40,594 nucleotides of DNA, from the IMG/VR virus record IMGVR_UViG_3300026543_000028, positions 1 to 40,594 of that record. One strand, written 5' to 3'. This DNA is from a virus (Duplodnaviria; Caudoviricetes). The notes below the pieces were generated by a model. The model was not told the DNA's origin. It did no database searches and saw only the letters and a list, made by a program, of their open reading frames with translations. Shown here in pieces: positions 35,502 through 40,594 of the stretch (positions are counted from its first letter, which is position 1; each line of letters opens with the position of its first letter). A program made the position numbers and the translations under genes.

Positions 35502-35914
35502 GCCGCTTCCTTGTATTCCTGATACACCGCTAAAGCCCTCTCTGACCACTCCACGCCCTCTTCGCTCCCGTAGGCGTAGATTGCCTCAATAAAGCTAGAA
35601 AACTCCTTCACGCTCATAGAAGAGGTCTTAACGGGTATGGCTACAAGATTCCCTGAGATACCCTTAACAAAATACTGTTCTTTCCAAGCTGCTGAAATGA
35701 TATGCTTCCATATCTCTGGTTTATGAGCCTCACCGAACAGAATTACCGGCTTCTTTGAAATATCACTCAGTAACGCCCAGAGCTTCCGATTCTGCGCCAA
35801 ACTTCTCAAATTCTCTTTGCTAAACAGCTCACACTCCCCTGATACCAGGGATAGATACTCTGCTGAATCTTCGCAATTAGCGATTAGAGTGCTGTTGATG
35901 GATTTGAACTTCAT
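35498..35914 (-). CDS. ninB: NinB/Orf-family recombination protein
   Basis: RSLAQNRKLWALLSDIS...WK...TSSMSVKEFS.FIE.IYAYGSE.GV.WS. Confidence 0.9.
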   Translation of the reverse strand: MKFKSINSTLIANCEDSAEYLSLVSGECELFSKENLRSLAQNRKLWALLSDISKKPVILFGEAHKPEIWKHIISAAWKEQYFVKGISGNLVAIPVKTSSMSVKEFSSFIEAIYAYGSEEGVEWSERALAVYQEYKEAA

Positions 35915-36510
35915 GTTCCCCACTGCTCCGCCATTGCTTCTGCCCAACCTGTGAAAAACCTAGCTCTCTCCTTTCCTCGGTCTTTACCAGGGGACATGTG
36001 GTGTATTCTGTGTTTCAGTCTATCGGGAAGTTTGTCCATTTCTTCCTTTACGTTATTAGTTGGCGTTAATTTCGGCAGGCCATGCAATCTTAATCCAGTC
36101 TTCTTGGTCTCTGGGTGTCCGTACTCGTAAGGCTGAATGAACTGAGTAAAGGGAAGTTTAAGCACCCCAACTGGATTTTCCATACAAACTCTCGCGCATC
36201 TTTCTATCGCGTATTCCCATAAAGCTTCAGTCCAGGCCACGGCCTTTAGTCTTTCTGAATGTCTTGGCATTCCCTTCCCATACCACCTGTTTCCGCTTAC
36301 ACATATCTTGGTGCATTCCGGGTGAAGGATTATTAAGTCCCACCCTCCAAGTTTGTCCATTTTGTCGATAGCCTCAAAAACGTCCATTTGATAATGAACA
36401 TGAGGACGCGATTCTGTCTCTATAAGATCGCAGCTAAAAGCCGTATGCCCCGCGTCTCGAAAGGCGTCTCTCACCACCCCCGAATATTCACAACCGACTA
36501 AAATCCGCAT
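35911..36510 (-). CDS. Phage C5-cytosine methyltransferase-like protein
   Basis: ILVGCEYSGVVRDAF, SCD, HPECT, ENPVG, QPYEYGH..KKT, AMAEQWG. Confidence 0.82.
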   Translation of the reverse strand: MRILVGCEYSGVVRDAFRDAGHTAFSCDLIETESRPHVHYQMDVFEAIDKMDKLGGWDLIILHPECTKICVSGNRWYGKGMPRHSERLKAVAWTEALWEYAIERCARVCMENPVGVLKLPFTQFIQPYEYGHPETKKTGLRLHGLPKLTPTNNVKEEMDKLPDRLKHRIHHMSPGKDRGKERARFFTGWAEAMAEQWGT

Positions 36511-36511
36511 A

Positions 36512-36682
36512 TCAATCACCAAAAATATACGCACAAATCATTTGGTCCAACTTCTCCTGCGCCCTTTCCTCGGTTCCGCCATGCGTCCTAATAAATAGGT
36601 CAACCGCCCTGTCAGGTATAATTTCTCCACGTGCTGGCACGATGATAGTTATTCCGGGCTTCTTCTGATTCTTTGTTTTCAT
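36512..36682 (-). CDS. Hypothetical protein, 56 aa (not in ORF track)
   Basis: MKTKNQKKPG...YIFGD; GAGGA RBS. Confidence 0.6.
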   Translation of the reverse strand: MKTKNQKKPGITIIVPARGEIIPDRAVDLFIRTHGGTEERAQEKLDQMICAYIFGD

Positions 36683-36717
36683 CTCTTCCTCTCTGTTGGT
36701 GGCTAATGGGGGTGGAA

Positions 36718-36948
36718 TTATCTATCTTGGGGAAACATCGCCCTTCGATACTCCCGCGCCTCACACTCTTCTATAGTCTCTCTTGCGACCCAAGTCTTGG
36801 TCGGGGCTATTTTGCCCTCACCACCAAACCCATCTTCTTCTAGTCGAGTGCAGGCCGATTTGGCCGCCTCTTCCGTTTGATGGGTATCTTGGGTAGTGGT
36901 TGATCCTGATATTGTCCCTTCCGGCCATTGTGCATTACTAGTAAACAT
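36718..36948 (-). CDS. Hypothetical protein
   Basis: AGGAGGT RBS. Confidence 0.7.
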   Translation of the reverse strand: MFTSNAQWPEGTISGSTTTQDTHQTEEAAKSACTRLEEDGFGGEGKIAPTKTWVARETIEECEAREYRRAMFPQDR

Positions 36949-36993
36949 TTATTCACCTCCTGTAGTGTTTGGCTTCATACCGTTCTCCATAAT

Positions 36994-37311
36994 CTATTCC
37001 CCGTAAAGTCCGAGCATGTTTTTAAGGCTTTCGCAGTTCGAAGTTACATTTTCAGGCGAAGTCACTGGCGATTCATGAGGCATACAGAAGTGTTCTCCTT
37101 GTCTTACACGGTCACACAGAGCCTCGTAATGAAGTTTAAAAAGAGGATATACATCAGACTCCATTGATTGATAAATCATCCCCCAGCCCGTCTCAGAACC
37201 CGCATAATAGACAATAGGATGCAGGTATCTCTGCCTCTCCTTTGGGCTTGGTCTTGTCTTTGCGTTATTAAACGCTTGTCTTGCTGTGGGTAAACCCATG
37301 ATTTCCTCCAT
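36994..37311 (-). CDS. C-terminal half of a lambda P-like replication protein
   Basis: GLPTARQAF...HPIVYYAG.ETGW...F..HYE.LC.RV..GE. Confidence 0.7.
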   Translation of the reverse strand: MEEIMGLPTARQAFNNAKTRPSPKERQRYLHPIVYYAGSETGWGMIYQSMESDVYPLFKLHYEALCDRVRQGEHFCMPHESPVTSPENVTSNCESLKNMLGLYGE

Positions 37312-37484
37312 AGTACTTGCGCGAACTGTTGAAACTGTAAATCTGGTACGTTAGTTAGGGTCTCTGCCCGCCTTGCGAGTCTGCGACATGCCTTGCATTT
37401 CTTGTCGTAGGCATCAAAGTAATACTTGGCCTTTTTAAACCTCTTGCAGTCCTGGCAATCCCTATCGATATTTTGCCTTTTCAT
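37176..37484 (-). CDS. CxxC/CxxC protein; paralog of 4147-4338
   Basis: NIDRDCQDC...KCKAC...NVPDLQFQ; ATGA overlap. Confidence 0.7.
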   Translation of the reverse strand: MKRQNIDRDCQDCKRFKKAKYYFDAYDKKCKACRRLARRAETLTNVPDLQFQQFAQVLWRKSWVYPQQDKRLITQRQDQAQRRGRDTCILLSIMRVLRRAGG

Positions 37485-37756
37485 TCTGACCAACTTCTAT
37501 CGACTAGCTTTAGTAGTTTTGAATTGGGCTTATCGGCCTTTACTAGCTTGTGGTCTTCGTGTGCAAATAGTCCTTTGTAGCAATTAAAAACAGAATGATC
37601 TAAAATAGCATTTGGGTCGTAGCCCTTATTATACAGGGTTTCTAGCTTGGTTAGGGCCATTTGCTCTGCTCTGGGTGTCCAGCCTTTCTTGTTCATTTGG
37701 ATTCGCATTTCGACAAATCCCTGCCAAGCTTCCTTGTCTATGTAGTCGGGAAGCAT
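37481..37756 (-). CDS. Stand-alone C-terminal domain of a lambda O-like replication initiator
   Basis: LPDYIDKEAWQGFVEMR...KL..L...GYDP..IL..SV.N.YKGLF. Confidence 0.7.
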   Translation of the reverse strand: MLPDYIDKEAWQGFVEMRIQMNKKGWTPRAEQMALTKLETLYNKGYDPNAILDHSVFNCYKGLFAHEDHKLVKADKPNSKLLKLVDRSWSE

Positions 37757-37944
37757 TAATTTAGACCTGCATTCTTATTGTATCGAACCGATCTGTTTAT
37801 TATTGTCCAAGGCCCAGTCTTTACCCAATTCGGATGCTTTTTAATAAGCCGCAGCCAGTAAATATTCTCATCCGGTGTACGCTCTGTTCTTCTTTGGCGA
37901 ATCCAGGTCACTTTGTTAACTGTTCTGCGAGTGCTCGTTATCAT
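37756..37944 (-). CDS. Basic hypothetical protein
   Basis: ATGA/TAATG coupling. Confidence 0.55.
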   Translation of the reverse strand: MITSTRRTVNKVTWIRQRRTERTPDENIYWLRLIKKHPNWVKTGPWTIINRSVRYNKNAGLN

Positions 37945-38210
37945 TCTTTGTCCTCGGTAAGGCGGGAAGGGGTGTGCTTAATGAACATGGCCTCTATTTT
38001 GTCGCTCTCTGGTACATCGTGGTCAAGTAAGGCTGAATTGCTCATTAAATACCCAAGGAAATTAACCAGCTCTGCCTTGTCCCGCTCTAAGGCTTCTATG
38101 GTGTCTGCTGCCTGATTAATGTAATCCATCGGTCTTAGTGGGCTGCTCCCTACCCCAACGCCAATTCTGCCAGCCTGATTTCTAAGTTCTTTGCTTGTAA
38201 TCAGTTCCAT
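37941..38210 (-). CDS. Hypothetical protein
   Basis: GAGGA RBS; AADTIEALE motif common in phage ORFs. Confidence 0.7.
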   Translation of the reverse strand: MELITSKELRNQAGRIGVGVGSSPLRPMDYINQAADTIEALERDKAELVNFLGYLMSNSALLDHDVPESDKIEAMFIKHTPSRLTEDKE

Positions 38211-38232
38211 ATCCTCTCTCCGGTAGTTATTC

Positions 38233-38577
38233 TCAGATAGCGGTTAGTGGGGGCTCGACTTCTTCTTCAGCCCGACGTTTTTCATCTTCTTTAGCCCATT
38301 GAAGCGCCCTGATGACAAGCTTTGCAGTGCTTTTTGGTGTAGTATATTCATCAAGATTATGCGTTTTTAGAGCATACGAATTAGCAGGCAAGTCAAACCC
38401 GAAGCCTATGCCTTGAATGAACCGTTGAAGACCGATGTTGGCATCTATTTGATAATCCCAATAACCGTCTTCCATCCAAAACATGCCAGCTCCAGCGGCA
38501 ATCAGAATAACTTTATCCTGCACTTTTCTTAGCTTTCTGGCAGCCGCCGCTTTCTTTTGCAATTGCTTGTTGTTCAT
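38233..38577 (-). CDS. Hypothetical protein
   Basis: GAGGGG RBS. Confidence 0.7.
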   Translation of the reverse strand: MNNKQLQKKAAAARKLRKVQDKVILIAAGAGMFWMEDGYWDYQIDANIGLQRFIQGIGFGFDLPANSYALKTHNLDEYTTPKSTAKLVIRALQWAKEDEKRRAEEEVEPPLTAI

Positions 38578-38607
38578 TCTTCTACCCCTCTGTTAAGTTA
38601 TAAGCAG

Positions 38608-38826
38608 TTAACGCCTCTGCCCGTCATCACCACCAAGCCTGCCGATTGCCTCAAGCTCTTCATCTGGGAATTCTGACACGGCCCATTCGTGTAATTCATC
38701 GGAAAGTTCTTGATTTTCTTCCCGTATGGAATGGGAATACCGCAGCATCGCGACCCTACTGGCCTTGGCGTAAGCATCATCACCTTTGGGCTTTAATACA
38801 AAATACTTCATTTCTAAACCTTTCAT
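38608..38826 (-). CDS. Small phage protein (KYFVLKP...A.ASR.AM..Y type)
   Basis: AGGAG RBS; recurrent phage motif. Confidence 0.7.
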   Translation of the reverse strand: MKGLEMKYFVLKPKGDDAYAKASRVAMLRYSHSIREENQELSDELHEWAVSEFPDEELEAIGRLGGDDGQRR

Positions 38827-38863
38827 CTCTTTCTCCTATTAATGCTATTGACTAAAAAGATTG

Positions 38864-39220
38864 TTAATTAGGAAAATCGTCTATCAATTTCTTCATGTCG
38901 GTCATTATCTCGCCTATGCTTTTGTCACAAGATTCATGAAATGAAACCTGCTCAAGATCCCGCATATCAAAACTTAAACCGCAAGTATTACAGTCCATGT
39001 AGTCGGTTTCTGCTGTAAATGCTTTGTTCCCCTTCCCCTCGACGTGCTGCACAGTCATGTGATCGAACTTCATTTTCTCGCCAAGTCTCTTCCACGCCCT
39101 GTTAGCGTTTTCTTGGGGGCTATCCGGCATCCCACAGTTAAGGGCTATCAGCGGCACTGGCTTGCTCGCGTCCATCAGTTCTTCTAGGTCTTGATCTGTC
39201 ATTTCAAATTCTTTTCTCAT
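38864..39220 (-). CDS. Hypothetical protein with C-terminal CxxC...H module
   Basis: Start moved to ATG 39220 (ATGA overlap); SPQENANRAW and CNTCG..FDMRDL motifs. Confidence 0.7.
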   Translation of the reverse strand: MRKEFEMTDQDLEELMDASKPVPLIALNCGMPDSPQENANRAWKRLGEKMKFDHMTVQHVEGKGNKAFTAETDYMDCNTCGLSFDMRDLEQVSFHESCDKSIGEIMTDMKKLIDDFPN

Positions 39221-39396
39221 CTCTCTGCTCCTATATAAATGGGCTTTGTTTTTGGTATTTGAAGCCATGCCTGGTCTTCCGCTCTCCATCCTACGGCTTC
39301 TGTCCAGACATTTCCCAGTGCGTTTATCGTTACCCTTATAGGCTTCCCGACGTTGTAGCCACAATAATTGGAGGACTCATTAACCGTTGTTCTCAT
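39217..39396 (-). CDS. Hypothetical protein, 59 aa (not in ORF track)
   Basis: MRTTVNESS...GAER; AGGAGAG RBS. Confidence 0.6.
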   Translation of the reverse strand: MRTTVNESSNYCGYNVGKPIRVTINALGNVWTEAVGWRAEDQAWLQIPKTKPIYIGAER

Positions 39397-39429
39397 GACA
39401 CTCTCCTATTAACTGCTTTTGATTTTAAA

Positions 39430-39687
39430 GACAATACTCATCACTTGACCTTTGGGACACCTGCCCTAAATCTGTTTACTTACTGCTGCTCCAGTATCTC
39501 TCTGCTATCCACATCAGGCTTATCAATCCTTGAACGCCCTGACAACTTACCTTATCTGTGTCCGCTTAAATGGTTTTCTGCGCCGGTCTCAAGCGCCGAG
39601 AGTCCTACTTCGTGTTAATACTGCTAATTTCCAGTAACCTCGCATTTATGGTAGCTGCTATTCTGTGCGTCACCATAAAGCGGGTTA
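39430..39687 (-). ncRNA. Candidate multi-domain structured RNA (about 250 nt)
   Basis: UAACC-CGC-UUUAUGGU/ACCAUAAA-GCG-GGUUA; GGACAC/GUGUCC; CUUGA..CC/GGUCAAG; two UACUGGA..GCAGUA hairpins. Confidence 0.55.
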
Positions 39688-39921
39688 GTTCGTGTGTAGA
39701 TCGGCCTGTTGTAGTTGTATGTCGGTTGATTCCTCTGAAGCCATCCCATTCACTATCTCTGGGAATTTGTCTGTCAGAGCCTCCAACTCATTATCGTCTA
39801 GCTTAGTGCCGTCCAGATGCTTTCCGCTACAGAAATAAGCGTCGCTGTAATCTGGATGATCTTTAGTATCTACCCCTGAAATCTTCAGAGATGACATGTC
39901 AATCGTTTTGTTATTACTCAC
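39685..39921 (-). CDS. Conserved-type phage protein (GVDTKDHPDYSDAY)
   Basis: D..D(Y/H)PD(F/Y).DAY...DG..L...EL..L pattern; AGGAG RBS. Confidence 0.75.
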   Translation of the reverse strand: MSNNKTIDMSSLKISGVDTKDHPDYSDAYFCSGKHLDGTKLDDNELEALTDKFPEIVNGMASEESTDIQLQQADLHTN

Positions 39922-39948
39922 GTCTATTCACTCCTAAAGTTAATTAAG

Positions 39949-40060
39949 AGCCGGAAAGTTACTTTGGGTTCAGTTTGAGGTATAATCTGTCCGAACTTTG
40001 TCGGAGCGGTGATCGATATCTCTAGTATCTGAACCGTCGGTGCTAAGAACACTTCCGGCT
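39949..40060 (-). ncRNA. Candidate structured RNA
   Basis: AGCCGGAA/UUCCGGCU closing; GGUUCAG/CUGAACC; UCCGA/UCGGA. Confidence 0.55.
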
Positions 40061-40098
40061 AAAGCTTTAAAACAAGGGGCAGTTAATTCTACCCCCCG
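40061..40098 (-). terminator. Intrinsic terminator-like hairpin, similar to 33660-33693
   Basis: GGGGUAG-AAUUAA-CUGCCCC then UUGUUUU. Confidence 0.65.
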
Positions 40099-40156
40099 AA
40101 TACATCTAAAACCCACTTACTAATTTACTACTGTTTGCCACCAATGTCTATAAGGG

Positions 40157-40279
40157 TGGGCAGGGTGATCGTTACTCACAAGGAATTAGTGTCAATCCAC
40201 AATTATAAGCCTCGTGTACACGCTAAGGCTAACCTCCTGACTGCGTACAAAGTCACGGCACTAGCCGCATTCCTACCCA
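40157..40279 (-). ncRNA. Candidate multibranch RNA
   Basis: UGGGUAGG/CCUGCCCA closing; hairpins CGGC/GCCG, UGACU/AGUCA, AGCCU/AGGCU, GUGA/UCAC. Confidence 0.55.
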
Positions 40280-40285
40280 TAAATC

Positions 40286-40480
40286 TTACTGCCCGTCCAG
40301 AAACTTAATCTTAGGCGCTGTAGTCTTAAACGCCTGATACTCAAGCTGCACCTTGCAGGAGTTGATAATCTTGCCAGCAGCGTTATTCAGCTCCTTTGCT
40401 GCTTTCGGGTCAATAGTGCCATCTTTCAATTGCTTGAACAATGAGGCTAGTTCGGTGCGCAGTTCTGTTACATTTTTCAT
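40286..40480 (-). CDS. Small helical phage protein (ELR..L...A.E.NN.AGKIINS.KVQ type)
   Basis: Recurrent phage motif; GGAG RBS; coupled to the junction-spanning ORF. Confidence 0.75.
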   Translation of the reverse strand: MKNVTELRTELASLFKQLKDGTIDPKAAKELNNAAGKIINSCKVQLEYQAFKTTAPKIKFLDGQ

Positions 40481-40594
40481 ACATTTCTCCGTTTTAGTTC
40501 TCGTTTGATTAGTAATTCTTGCCGCTTCGCCCCGATCAGTGATTTAGGAATATCAACTCCTTTCAACGTGTTATGGGCTGTCAATACGTGTATA
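40478..40594. repeat. 117-bp direct repeat, right copy
   Basis: Identical to 1-117. Confidence 0.97.

Larger units (their letters stand above)
1..40594. mobile_element. Complete P22-like podovirus genome (Caudoviricetes), no integrase recognised
   Basis: terS/terL/portal/scaffold/capsid/gp4/gp10/ejection/tail fibre order, lysozyme, nin genes, end overlap. Confidence 0.93.

Noticed and set aside
31117-40279. Hammerhead, HDV-like ribozyme or group I/II intron identity for the structured gaps
   Set aside because: I could not place the catalytic cores (CUGANGA/GAAA, group I P7, group II domain V) by eye; a covariance-model search is still needed
40478-40594. 117-bp repeat as a biological terminal repeat or att site
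   Set aside because: It falls inside a coding sequence and has the form of an assembler overlap; no integrase is present

Overview
The window is an apparently complete circular genome (40,477 bp; bases 1-117 recur exactly at 40478-40594) of a P22-like podovirus, probably infecting a proteobacterium. Two arms diverge from back-to-back TTGACA promoters at about 1324-1391. The + arm (1430-28985) carries small early ORFs, RecT, terminase, a P22-type portal, scaffold, a DUF4043/N4-gp56-type major capsid, P22 gp4/gp10-like tail proteins, three ejection proteins and a tail fibre with its chaperone. The - arm (1301 to 1, then 40480 to 29037) carries a Cro-like HTH, truncated lambda O- and P-like genes, two DNA methyltransferases, NinB, NinG, membrane proteins, a GH24 lysozyme and a phospholipase A2-like protein. 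I found no integrase, CI, N/Q, polymerase, helicase, tRNA or CRISPR array. Most notable: (1) many hand-folded, strand-specific structured RNA elements in the intergenic gaps of the - arm, one about 270 nt with a kink-turn and a pseudoknot; (2) a radical SAM/SPASM enzyme and a transferase-like gene inside the capsid operon; (3) a tandem hairpin motif before the scaffold gene; (4) a PLA2-like gene where spanins are expected. Protein calls come from motif recognition and synteny, not database searches; RNA structures were folded by eye.
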